A stretch of DNA of 43,908 nucleotides. Origin: Bdellovibrionales bacterium (GTDB taxonomy: Bacteria; Bdellovibrionota; Bdellovibrionia; Bdellovibrionales; UBA1609). Numbering within the stretch: position 1 is the first letter of the stretch; each line of letters starts with the position of its first letter. Below are positions 1 to 8,614 of this stretch, in pieces. The translations under genes were made by a program, and so were the position numbers. Below the pieces are notes generated by a model. The model was not told the DNA's origin. It made no database searches and was given only the letters and a program-made list of their open reading frames with translations. The stretch spans positions 19,545 to 63,452 of the forward strand of contig JBFWVI010000013.1 of assembly GCA_050246815.1 (NCBI GenBank), in the 5' to 3' direction.

Positions 1-407
1 TGGGCGCCCTTCATCCGGCATTGGTCGAAAGCGAAAAACTGCGCATCACTTTGGCGTTGGCCGAACTTGATTTTGACAAGCTTATGCGTGGGCAACCGCG
101 TTTACCTAAGGCGCAAAGCTTGGCGAATTTCCCTGCCGTGCAAAGGGACTTAGCTTTGGTGATGCCTGAAACCACCTTGGCCGCCGATGTGATTCGAGAA
201 ATTAAAAAAGCCGCAGGGCCCTTGCTCAAAGCGGTGGAAGTGTTTGACGTTTTTGTGGGTGGAAATCTGCCTGCCGGCCACAAATCCGTCGCATTTCGCA
301 TGACCTTGCAAGATGCAGCCGGCACCTTGACCGACGCCCAAATTCAAGGATTACAGACCCAGGTCCTTAAAAGCGTCAGCGAAAAGATGAAGTTGCAGGT
401 CAGATAG
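1..407 (+). CDS. pheT: Phenylalanine--tRNA ligase beta subunit, C-terminal part (5' truncated by window edge)
   Basis: Frame is open from the window start (GALHP...). FDX-ACB motifs FPAVQRDLAL, VFDVFVG, KSVAFR, TLTD. Classic pheT-ihfA synteny. Confidence 0.95.
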   Translation, partial: GALHPALVESEKLRITLALAELDFDKLMRGQPRLPKAQSLANFPAVQRDLALVMPETTLAADVIREIKKAAGPLLKAVEVFDVFVGGNLPAGHKSVAFRMTLQDAAGTLTDAQIQGLQTQVLKSVSEKMKLQVR

Positions 408-641
408 GCACCAGTTGGAAACTGTTATTAAGGGGTGCTGAGGGGGACTCTCTAGAGATCTCAACGAATCCCCATTTGAGTCCCCCATCAACCGCGTCAG
501 CTGCGAAGCGTACTGCATGCCGTTTTATGACGCAAGGCATAATTTGTGAAATAGATCTTAATAAAGGTCCCTAACCACAGAAAATAATTGAAAGTTTTGG
601 GGACCTTGTTAGCCTTTTTGTAAGTATCTGGGGGTTCAACG

Positions 642-986
642 ATGGCAGCGCAGAATCTAGGCAAATCCACCATGACGAAGGCCGACATTGTCGAGAAGGT
701 CTATCAAAAGATTGGTTTCTCGAAAAAAGAGGCCTCTGAACTGGTGGAGATGGTTTTTAATCAGTTGAAAGATGTTTTGTGTGATGGCGATAAGGTCAAA
801 ATCTCAGGTTTTGGCAATTTTGTGGTACGTGAGAAGAAAGAACGCATCGGACGTAACCCTCAAACAGGTGATCAGATTAAAATTAGTGCCCGCCGGGTTT
901 TGACCTTCCGCCCGAGCCAGGTTTTGAAGGCTATTTTGAATGGTGAAGACATCACCGGCATGAAGGACGACGCGGACGAGGATTAA
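642..986 (+). CDS. ihfA: Integration host factor subunit alpha
   Basis: TKADIVE...VKISGFGNF...RIGRNPQTG...RRVLTFRPS histone-like signature, located directly after pheT. Confidence 0.95.
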   Translation: MAAQNLGKSTMTKADIVEKVYQKIGFSKKEASELVEMVFNQLKDVLCDGDKVKISGFGNFVVREKKERIGRNPQTGDQIKISARRVLTFRPSQVLKAILNGEDITGMKDDADED

Positions 987-1003
987 GCCTAAAGGGGGCT
1001 CAA

Positions 1004-1480
1004 ATGGCAGTAGATGAATTAGTCTTAGAAGAGAGAGCCCCTTTTTTATTGGCCCCGGCCTCGCGTCCTGCGGCAGATGTGGAAGTCGACCCCCAGCTCG
1101 AGCGCGATTTGAACCGTATTCCAGGTAAAATGGCCTTTAAAATCGGTGAGGTCGCGGATTTGCTGGACGTGAAGCCCTATGTGCTGCGTTATTGGGAGAG
1201 CGAATTCGACCAGTTAAAACCCAAAAAATCCCGCCACAACCAGCGTATGTACGAGCGCCGCGATGTGGAAACCCTGATGCTAATCAAAAAGCTGCTTTAC
1301 CGTGATCGTTTTTCGATTGAGGGCGCTAGGGTCGCGCTGAAACGACTGCGCAAAGAGAGCCAAACCGTCAAAAAAATGGCCTCTATGGCTGAACATTACG
1401 AGCAAATGGCCATGAACCTCGAAGAGCTTGTGGATCATGTTCAACGCTTAAAAGTCTTGTTTCGGCCCAGCGTTCCGTAG
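1004..1480 (+). CDS. MerR-family HTH transcriptional regulator
   Basis: FKIGEVADLLDVKPYVLRYWESEF...RMY...FSIEGA. Conserved position between ihfA and tRNA-Pro. Confidence 0.92.
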   Translation: MAVDELVLEERAPFLLAPASRPAADVEVDPQLERDLNRIPGKMAFKIGEVADLLDVKPYVLRYWESEFDQLKPKKSRHNQRMYERRDVETLMLIKKLLYRDRFSIEGARVALKRLRKESQTVKKMASMAEHYEQMAMNLEELVDHVQRLKVLFRPSVP

Positions 1481-1518
1481 TAGTTCTATTCGTCCAAACC
1501 ACCTGTCTTTCTTTCAGT

Positions 1519-1595
1519 CGGACCGTGGCGCAGTCTGGTAGCGCACAACCTTGGGGTGGTTGGGGTCGCTGGTTCAAATCCAGTCGGTCCGACCA
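1519..1595 (+). tRNA. tRNA-Pro (anticodon GGG)
   Basis: 77 nt cloverleaf: acceptor CGGACCG/CGGTCCG, D-loop TGGTA, anticodon arm CAACC-TTGGGGT-GGTTG, T-loop GGTTCAAATCC, encoded CCA. Confidence 0.97.
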
Positions 1596-1636
1596 ATTTC
1601 TCTCGGTCCGTACCGGACACCTAAAGCTGAGGGTCC

Positions 1637-1682
1637 ATTCCGGAGACATGGGTTACAGATTATTCCGGAGACATAGGTAACA
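1637..1682. repeat. 21-bp direct repeat x2 (ATTCCGGAGACAT[G/A]GGT[T/A]ACA), period 25
   Basis: Copies at 1637-1657 and 1662-1682 are 19/21 identical. Interpreted as transposase-binding subterminal repeats. Confidence 0.9.
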
Positions 1683-1803
1683 CTTTTATTTTGAAGGGGT
1701 CGTCGACGGGTTCCACCCGCTTTCCCCCTTCATCAAGGTATCCAAGGTCATAATCGAGGAACGATACGATCCAAATTCCGTCTTCGACCTCTTTTACACC
1801 TAA
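1660..1803 (-). pseudogene. IS481-family transposase, C-terminal 47-aa remnant
   Basis: Hand translation: LGVKEVEDGIWIVSFLDYDLGYLDEGGKRVEPVDDPFKIKVLPMSPE*. This matches the recalled IS481 C-terminal pattern (GIKEV-DGIW-VSF--YDLGY-D...PF...LPMS). An in-frame stop lies 4 codons upstream and there is no start codon. Confidence 0.82.
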
Positions 1804-1916
1804 AGAGGGGGTCTAACCACAATGGGCCACAAGTCCGATAATCCCGGCCATTCTTATCATCGCGCCCACAGGACGCGCGGGCTAGCGAGCGGCGATGGGT
1901 CACAGGGGTTGGGTTA

Positions 1917-1932
1917 TGGCACGTTTCATGAA
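1917..1932 (+). promoter_or_regulatory. Putative sigma54 (-24/-12) promoter, GA variant at -12
   Basis: TGGCACG-TTTC-ATGAA: perfect -24 box with GG-N10-GA, 34 nt before the ATG at 1967. Confidence 0.45.
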
Positions 1933-1966
1933 GTGTCACGGCATTTACCTTCGGAGGACCTTCGAG

Positions 1967-2404
1967 ATGCAACTGATCGCAAAACTTTTAGTCGCCAGCG
2001 CCGTATTGGGTTTCATTTACCTGTCCGCGCATGCTGACGATTTTAAAGACCTCAACCGCACGATGGAAACTTACCAAGCACTTGGGCTCCATTCAGATCC
2101 AGTGTTTGTTGCCAATGCGTACTTCGCCTTTTCCTGTGCGGCTCTTGGTGGACCAGAAAATACGACAAACCTCACAAATCTTCTCATTGACCGCTCGCGG
2201 ATCAGTCTTCTTGAGCAAAAGCTTAGTTCTATTGCCATTGTCGGCGCGAAATCCGAGGGCGAACTGCGCTCTAGCTTTTACCGTGAAAAGGGATTTAAGA
2301 TTCGAGAGTTTTTTCTAAATCAGTTAAATTTGACGGCTGGGGGTAACATTGATCCGGCGGTCGTCACAAGCTGCTTTATTTCTAAGTCGATGGCCGTTCG
2401 CTAA
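1967..2404 (+). CDS. Hypothetical exported protein (145 aa)
   Basis: GGAGG RBS before ATG 1967. Signal peptide MQLIAKLLVASAVLGFIYLSAHA-DD. Start revised from 1895. Confidence 0.7.
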   Translation: MQLIAKLLVASAVLGFIYLSAHADDFKDLNRTMETYQALGLHSDPVFVANAYFAFSCAALGGPENTTNLTNLLIDRSRISLLEQKLSSIAIVGAKSEGELRSSFYREKGFKIREFFLNQLNLTAGGNIDPAVVTSCFISKSMAVR

Positions 2405-2415
2405 GTACTAGGTTC

Positions 2416-2440
2416 CTTGGCGGTCCCCGTGATCGCCAAG
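2416..2440 (+). terminator. Stem-loop after the 1967-2404 gene (no U-tract)
   Basis: CTTGGCGGTC-CCCGT-GATCGCCAAG forms a 10-bp stem with one G-U pair. Confidence 0.35.
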
Positions 2441-3105
2441 CTCCCAATCGGCAGCATAATTCGCGCGGTGAATAAAAGTCTGGGGCTGGTGGCCGACGGT
2501 GGAGTTGCCCCGTTTCAATGGACGGGTTTAAGTCTCGGATTTAACCAGTTGAAAGCTAAAGCGGCAGGTTGCTCCCCTTACTGGAGTCACCTTTCGGGCT
2601 TGGGAACTGAACAGGTCGGAAGTGACAAGTTAATTTCTTATTTTTCATCAATACATCCATAGAGATCACTAATAAGGGAACCGTAGGAAAAGCTTTGCTT
2701 CACCTTAAATTCTCGCCCCCATATCTCTACAGGGTTATTTAATGTTCCCTGTTCACCCTCCACGTTCGTTGAATTGAATACTTCAATCACAGATTGGTCG
2801 GCTTTTAAGACGAGAGATCCACTATCGCCATCGATGAGGGGGGCGCGACTGATGCGGAAAAACTCGATTCCGATTTTCTTAAGTTGTCCGCAGACGCGAC
2901 GGAACATCTTTGCCGAAAACTCTTTCGCCTTTTGGCAGATCTGGGTCGTTAACCGGCGAGTGTCAATTGTGCGGCGATTGAGGACGTTTCAAAGAGATAA
3001 TTTAATAGCATCGTCCTCATGTCGTGTTTATTTGATTCTGAGTATCTACCGACAGATCAGTGTCGTGAGGGTAGACGGCGAGTGCCCAGCCATTTGCATT
3101 AGGTG

Positions 3106-3121
3106 TGGCGCTGAATTTGTA
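3106..3121 (+). promoter_or_regulatory. Putative sigma54-like promoter (GT variant at -12)
   Basis: TGGCGC-TGAAT-TTGTA (GG-N10-GT), 37 nt before ATG 3159. A TGTC-N9-GACG palindrome lies at 3061-3077. Confidence 0.35.
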
Positions 3122-3158
3122 TTAAATGAGCGGACTATCTGTTTCCGGGGGGAAATAA

Positions 3159-4913
3159 ATGGGCTTCAAACTGTATCAGTTTGAGACGGTACTGGTTTTT
3201 CTTTTGAGTTCGTTTACGGTTGAGGCTGCGACATTTAAGGCGGCTCCGGCTGTTGTTCGTGTCGTGGCTGCACAAACTCCCGCGCCAACAAACGGTCTAA
3301 AAATTGATCTGTCTTATGTCAGTGTAACTTCCCCACAGTACACTCGATTTAAAGCCGTGGTTGATGCAGCTCTGGCGGGCAATCCGGATTATGGTTTTGA
3401 GCCGCAGCATGCGGCCATCATGTTTAAAATTACTGGCGAGAAAAAATATTGTGATTATGCGGTTCAGTACGCAGAAAGCTGCCCTTCGCGTTACGAGACC
3501 TCCACTTGTGGTGTGCAAGGGGCTGAGGCTTCGATCGCAGCAGGGGGCAGACCTTTTGTAAGTGGGGATTCATATCTTGAAGTGGGGCCAATCATTGGCT
3601 CGCTCGCCATCACCTATGATTGGTGCGCGGCCAGCATGACAGCTGCACAAAGGACGCGTTGGCAAACCTACGCAAATCAGGCGATCTACAACGTTTGGCA
3701 TCCCGAGCAAGCGACTTGGGGTGGGCGACCATATCCTTGGACTGGTTGGTCGATCAACAATCCTGGTAACAATTATTACTACAGTTTTATGGAAGCCACG
3801 ATGTATTGGGCTCTGGCCACCAGGGACACTGCGCTCTTAAGGTTTGTGCGCGATGATAAGCTAAAAGCGCTTGTCGATTATTACGCTCAACTTCCTGGCG
3901 GAGGCAGTCGCGAAGGGACAGGGTATGGCGCAGCTCATATGCGACTTTTTCAACTTTATCAGGTTTGGAAAGATTCCACCGGGGAAGATTTAAGCCAATT
4001 GAATTCACACTTGAATGACAGTATTCGGTTCTGGGTTCATGCCACCACCCCAAATCGCGCTTACTATGCGCCGATTGGTGATTTGGCTCGCTCGTCATTT
4101 CCGGATCTTTTCGATTATCATCGTCGAATTATTTTAGAAGCCCGAAATCTAACTCCGGTTGCCGCTCTTAAAGATTTGGCTGCTTGGTGGTTGAATCATA
4201 TTTCCGTGACGCAAATGAGTCGTCGAATTGATGCGCAGTGGGATTTGTTGCCAGCGGGCACAAATGCCGCTGCGGCCCCCAATGAGCCGCTCACTTATCG
4301 GGCCAGTGGGGTGGGTCGTGTCTTTGCGCGCACGGGTTGGGATGTGAATGCGCTTTGGATGACCTTTTCGGCTGGCGTTTACAATGAAAGTCATGCGCAC
4401 CAAGATCAGGGCTCTTTTGAATTGGCCAATGGCAGTTGGCTAGCGGTGACCAATAATATTTATTCGACAAGTGGGATTGAGCAGGCGACGGACTACAACA
4501 ATATTGTGCGTTTTATGCAAAATGGAGTGATTGTTCCGCAGCGTGAAGGGACAACTTCGATTATGACCGTGCAGCAGTTGAGTGCCGCCGGTGAAGTGGA
4601 TGTGACGGGTAACCTGACGCCGGCGTATGGTGGTAGTGCAGCCGTGCAGAATTGGACTCGCAATGTGAAGTTCGCCCAGCGAAAGTTAACGGTCACAGAT
4701 CAATTTGCTTTGGGTGCGGGGACTCAAGGGATCTTTCAAGTGCATGTCCCGGTCGCACCTGTGGTGAATGGTAATTTAGTAACTGCGGGCGCCCTTAGAA
4801 TTCGAGTGCTCAGTCCAGCAACGCCAACCATCACAGTGGTCAATCGAGGGCGCTATCGCGTGGATATCGCGGGTGGAACGACAGGTTATACGGTGGAATT
4901 AACCGATCAATAG
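3159..4913 (+). CDS. Secreted heparinase II/III-like polysaccharide lyase-fold protein
   Basis: Signal peptide and Ala/Pro linker. Helical N-domain (LAITYDW, NNYYY, EGTGYG) and beta C-domain (ARTGW, HAHQDQGSF, WTRNV...VTDQ), as in heparinase II/III and alginate lyase families. Confidence 0.72.
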   Translation: MGFKLYQFETVLVFLLSSFTVEAATFKAAPAVVRVVAAQTPAPTNGLKIDLSYVSVTSPQYTRFKAVVDAALAGNPDYGFEPQHAAIMFKITGEKKYCDYAVQYAESCPSRYETSTCGVQGAEASIAAGGRPFVSGDSYLEVGPIIGSLAITYDWCAASMTAAQRTRWQTYANQAIYNVWHPEQATWGGRPYPWTGWSINNPGNNYYYSFMEATMYWALATRDTALLRFVRDDKLKALVDYYAQLPGGGSREGTGYGAAHMRLFQLYQVWKDSTGEDLSQLNSHLNDSIRFWVHATTPNRAYYAPIGDLARSSFPDLFDYHRRIILEARNLTPVAALKDLAAWWLNHISVTQMSRRIDAQWDLLPAGTNAAAAPNEPLTYRASGVGRVFARTGWDVNALWMTFSAGVYNESHAHQDQGSFELANGSWLAVTNNIYSTSGIEQATDYNNIVRFMQNGVIVPQREGTTSIMTVQQLSAAGEVDVTGNLTPAYGGSAAVQNWTRNVKFAQRKLTVTDQFALGAGTQGIFQVHVPVAPVVNGNLVTAGALRIRVLSPATPTITVVNRGRYRVDIAGGTTGYTVELTDQ

Positions 4914-4931
4914 TTATACTCAGGGCTCAAA

Positions 4932-5753
4932 TCACGCCTCAATCCGATCGGCGATTGCGAACAGATCGAGGTTGAGTGCGTAGATGGTTTTGTCTTCAGC
5001 AGCCTTCATGATGGGCTCATTTTCTTGGATGGCTTTAAGCAAGATCTCGCGTATTTTTTCAGCGGCATTCTCAGAGATGCTCATGACCAGAGAATAATGT
5101 AAATCACGAGGCCGAATATGATCGAGTGAATCGATGGCCCGCATTCGCCAGTTGACATGATGTTTTGCCACTAGGGGCGATTCGGCCGACAAATGACTGC
5201 GTGCCGGTCCGCTTGAGATTTTGTCGCCCTCGTCTTTTGCCAAACCAACACTGATTAAAAACTCAATCACGCGATTTACGGCGACGGTTGAAACACCCAA
5301 AGTTTTGCTGATAGCCGTTTTTGTTCTGAGATGGGGAATCATCAAGCACATATGAACAGCCGTATAATGCCAGGAGCTATAGTAAATCGCTTGTTCGGAT
5401 TCAGATAAATCAGACTTTGCACGGATACGTTCATGAACTTGTCGGCGTCGCTCACGTATCAGTGCTATTCTTTTTTGATAAAACTTTTCGAGTTCTTTCG
5501 AGCCGGCTCGCCCCAGATGAAGTAAAAGCAGAAAAAACTCTTCTTCAGTTTCATCCAACTTCAAAAACTGGCTAATGCGAGCGCCGTGTTCAAGGCTGAA
5601 GTGGTTTTTGCCGCTGAGGACTTGCGAGATGAACCCCTTTTGACAGTTGAGCACTTCCGCCAGTCGATTACGAGCGCCACGCTCGGCTCCCTTCACGGGG
5701 AGGGCAGCTTGAAGATATGTGCGATAGTCATCGTATTCGTAAATGCTCACCAT
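4932..5753 (-). CDS. TIGR02147/DUF4423-family HTH protein (putative regulator)
   Basis: SIYEYDDYRTYL...LAEVLNC..GFISQVLSGK.HFS (XRE-like HTH), YYSSWHY.AVH, HVNWR, and C-terminal YALNLDLF. Confidence 0.85.
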   Translation of the reverse strand: MVSIYEYDDYRTYLQAALPVKGAERGARNRLAEVLNCQKGFISQVLSGKNHFSLEHGARISQFLKLDETEEEFFLLLLHLGRAGSKELEKFYQKRIALIRERRRQVHERIRAKSDLSESEQAIYYSSWHYTAVHMCLMIPHLRTKTAISKTLGVSTVAVNRVIEFLISVGLAKDEGDKISSGPARSHLSAESPLVAKHHVNWRMRAIDSLDHIRPRDLHYSLVMSISENAAEKIREILLKAIQENEPIMKAAEDKTIYALNLDLFAIADRIEA

Positions 5754-5952
5754 AAGTTAACATTTCAATTAACATATAGGCTTATTTTTAAGTAACTTTA
5801 TAACGACACAGGTTATTTTTTGAGCTACTTATGGCGCACTGAGATTGGAGAGTCTCGACATACGAATCGTAAGTATTTGTAATTTAGATAATAAAACGAA
5901 AGTAAACAATATTGACGCAAAGTATCAGACAAACTATAGACACGGAGTAATT

Positions 5953-7062
5953 ATGAATAATATTAGGCTAAACCTTATCGCGCTCGTTCTGATTCAAGGG
6001 ATGTTATTTCCTTTTGCCGCCTCTGCGGTTGGCAATGGTGCAAGTGGTGGTCTTTATAAATACTACTACACATCGGGTGCTTATTTGGAGAGTGTCAAAT
6101 CCTACATTTACAGGGCGCTTACGGACAGCCCGGCATCTGAGCTTGAAGCACTTTCGCAAAAATACAGCGATAAAATGCATGTCACAGGCGAAAAGAAAAT
6201 CGATTGGAAGCTGTTCGCCAACTACGTTGCGAAAACCAGGGGTGACGACGGCACGGCAAAGCGCAAGCAGATCAATCCGCAAGGGTTCAAAGATACGCTT
6301 TATTTCACATACACGAAATCGCCAAATCAGATCATTGCCCTTGAAGAGTTTTATCTTCTTTATCACAAGAAGCCAGACGAAATTACTTTAGGTGATGCGA
6401 TTGAAATTGAGCGAATGTTGATTCATGAGGCTTCACATCTTTTTGGGTTGGGCACGGATGACGACGATGACGTTTCTCGAGATTTCTCTTTGGATCTTAT
6501 GTCCATCATCAACCGTTATTGGTTTCGCTGTTCGGCGGATGGGGGCAGCTTTAATCTTGCCAATTGCCGCTACTCTAAAAAATGGAATCAAGGTGGCCAT
6601 CCGATTCAAGTCCTGAATTTGAGCATCAGCAGTCTTGACGGAGCACGCGTAAGCAAGCCAGGAAGTTGCCAATTTCGTATGGATCTGTGGCGCGCCGAAT
6701 TTGATTATTCGGGACCTGGTCAAGTCAGTCGTAGATGGATTGCGCTGCCCTCAAATCAGCAGCCCTCAATAGCCGGCGAGAATCATATCGGTGTCGAGTA
6801 TGACATCTCTGCCATGCAGCCGGGAGATGTGGTGGTTTTATCAAGTGCCTGCTTTGAGGCCTATCTTGATGGTCAGATCAACAAGCGCGCAAGGCTTAAA
6901 TACAGCCTGGTCGATGAAAATAAAAAATCGTTTGTAGATGATTCCAAGTGGGAAGTTCCCATCAAATCGCAGTGGACATATTTAAAGGTGAGCTTGCTGA
7001 AGACAGATTCGGGGATGCTTGTTCTGCAAGGCAATCAACCACCCACATATGTTAACTTCTAG
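5953..7062 (+). CDS. Secreted HEXXH-motif putative zinc metalloprotease
   Basis: GGAG RBS before ATG 5953 (start revised from 5845). Signal peptide ...PFAASA, then a GNG motif, then MLIHEASHLFG. Confidence 0.65.
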   Translation: MNNIRLNLIALVLIQGMLFPFAASAVGNGASGGLYKYYYTSGAYLESVKSYIYRALTDSPASELEALSQKYSDKMHVTGEKKIDWKLFANYVAKTRGDDGTAKRKQINPQGFKDTLYFTYTKSPNQIIALEEFYLLYHKKPDEITLGDAIEIERMLIHEASHLFGLGTDDDDDVSRDFSLDLMSIINRYWFRCSADGGSFNLANCRYSKKWNQGGHPIQVLNLSISSLDGARVSKPGSCQFRMDLWRAEFDYSGPGQVSRRWIALPSNQQPSIAGENHIGVEYDISAMQPGDVVVLSSACFEAYLDGQINKRARLKYSLVDENKKSFVDDSKWEVPIKSQWTYLKVSLLKTDSGMLVLQGNQPPTYVNF

Positions 7063-7076
7063 TCAGATTGATGATT

Positions 7077-7117
7077 CTAAGCCCGGACTTAACGTCGGGC
7101 TTAGGATTTGTTTTTTT
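7077..7117 (+). terminator. Rho-independent terminator between convergent genes
   Basis: CTAAGCCCG (7077-7085) pairs with CGGGCTTAG (7096-7104), followed by TTTGTTTTTTT. Confidence 0.75.
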
Positions 7118-8318
7118 AAAATGAAATAGGATCGTAATCCACCGTGATTGTGGATCCTTGAGGCGGTACGGCACTGCCATGAAACTCAATATAGTGAAAA
7201 CCCGAATCCGCTACATACGTCCAGCCATTGCTTGCATTTTCGGGAACAGAAACACCATTGATGTGGACGGTAATTGTTTCGGGCAGAGGTTCTCCTGTTA
7301 GCTGGAAGCGGGTCAACAGCGACGCGATTTGCGCCGAGATAGCCTCTAAATCTTGAGAAAAGTCGGAGCTGCAGATATTACCCAAAATTCCATTGGTGGC
7401 TTGGGTGATGGCCACATAGCGATCGCCCTCGGTGGCCTGGGGGTGAAGTCCATAAGAGCAGTTGTTGATATCTTCTAAGACGATACTTGAAACGTTATAG
7501 CGTCTGTTGCCAGCGATCGATCCGGTGTAGCCATCCATAAACGAGAGAAATCCATTCACATATTCGGCTGTATTGGCATAAGTGGTGTTGTTTTGTTTTC
7601 GTCCCTGATCTTCTTCATCCGAAATAATGATCACGGCCAAGAAGGCATCGTTGCGGCGAAAGCTTGAAAGCGCGGTGTGGGTTTCTCCACCGTAGCCGAT
7701 GGAGCCATCGCTATTTCGGCGAAGCACGGCCCTTAAGCTTTGAAAGCCGGATTCCCGTGTGCCATCGCCACGTGTACCGGTACGAATGTTGGTGCTGAAA
7801 GTGGAGATGACGGTTGCGGGATTCATGAGGCTTGAAAGTAGGTATGTGCCGCTGCGTGGGCCGGGGGTTCCATTGGCGGTCCCGTAAATGTCGCCATCGC
7901 GAAAGTGTGTGAGGGCACCGAAACTGGCCAAGGTCGGATCGCAGTCGGCACTGGACGTGTAAATCAGGTTGGGGTTATTAGATGGGTTTGGGTTCGAGGA
8001 GCAGGTTCCGGCGTTGTAATCTCGCTCCCGAATCCAGGCGTCCGTTGAAGCCACCACCATGTTGTAGTCGTAGCCTTTTGTCGTAAAAACGGAGATGAAA
8101 TCGCCAAAGTTATTAGCCAAATTTGATTGGTGGTTGGCCATGGTTCCAGACCCGTCCACCATCCAGATGATATCCACTTTGTTCATACTCGATGAAGTCT
8201 GAGTGAAGCTATCGGTGTCTGGCAGCACCGAAAATGAAGTGCTGTTGTCACCGCAAGCGCTTATGCCGATTGCGATGGATATTAATAAAGAACAAGTTAC
8301 GTACCTGTGGCTGCCCAT
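7116..8318 (-). CDS. vWA/MIDAS-domain lipoprotein (putative adhesin)
   Basis: Lipobox ISAC. KVDIIWMVDGSGTM (DxSxT MIDAS variant), LAVIIISDEED, and a small C-terminal beta domain (ITVHING...GWTY...PPQGSTITVDY). Confidence 0.8.
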   Translation of the reverse strand: MGSHRYVTCSLLISIAIGISACGDNSTSFSVLPDTDSFTQTSSSMNKVDIIWMVDGSGTMANHQSNLANNFGDFISVFTTKGYDYNMVVASTDAWIRERDYNAGTCSSNPNPSNNPNLIYTSSADCDPTLASFGALTHFRDGDIYGTANGTPGPRSGTYLLSSLMNPATVISTFSTNIRTGTRGDGTRESGFQSLRAVLRRNSDGSIGYGGETHTALSSFRRNDAFLAVIIISDEEDQGRKQNNTTYANTAEYVNGFLSFMDGYTGSIAGNRRYNVSSIVLEDINNCSYGLHPQATEGDRYVAITQATNGILGNICSSDFSQDLEAISAQIASLLTRFQLTGEPLPETITVHINGVSVPENASNGWTYVADSGFHYIEFHGSAVPPQGSTITVDYDPISF

Positions 8319-8614
8319 AACTACCTCTCATGTGTCCATGAAGCATTGTCTTGTTGCGAGATTGTTAATTAATTTCCAGCCAGGAGTGACGTGCAGCGGC
8401 TAGATTCAAGAAATGTGTCTAATTAAATTATATATTAAGTCTGTCGAACTTTTAGTATTTGTCCACAATGTGTCCTAAGATGAGACAGCTAAAATTGATG
8501 ATCGGCGCCAGCTCAAATTTTTGATTTGAATTGTCGATAAAATTGACGAAAACTTGAATAATTAAATTTGGATCTGAGGTCTCTGGTGTAGGACTCGTAG
8601 TGAGCGGCAATTCT

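Larger units (their letters stand above)
1631..1803 (-). mobile_element. Truncated IS481-family insertion sequence (right end plus transposase C-terminus only)
   Basis: The minus strand reads AAGTGTTACCTATGTCTCCGGAATAATCTGTAACCCATGTCTCCGGAATGGACCC, the doubled terminal repeat typical of IS481-family ends. It overlaps the stop of a transposase-like frame. Confidence 0.8.

Noticed and set aside
1570..1620. attL/attR of an integrative element at tRNA-Pro
   Set aside because: There is only an 8-nt echo (TCGGTCCG, 1603-1610). I saw no longer duplicate of the tRNA 3' end and no integrase (read by eye, not exhaustive).
1383..1649. 88-aa minus-strand ORF
   Set aside because: It is antisense to merR and spans the tRNA, so it is spurious.
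1637..1682. Direct repeat as a mini-CRISPR or iteron
   Set aside because: There are only two copies with a 4-nt gap and no cas or rep gene. The IS481 terminus explains it.
2441..2637. Possible riboswitch or ribozyme
   Set aside because: Short hairpins are present, but I found no conserved core of the cobalamin, c-di-GMP, hammerhead, 6S or RNase P families.
5845..5952. N-terminal extensions in the ORF track (also 1895, 9148, 22738, 24025, 28434, 29720, 33735, 36710)
   Set aside because: Downstream starts fit better: RBS, signal peptides, stop/start overlaps or family N-termini. The extensions run through promoters or neighbouring genes.
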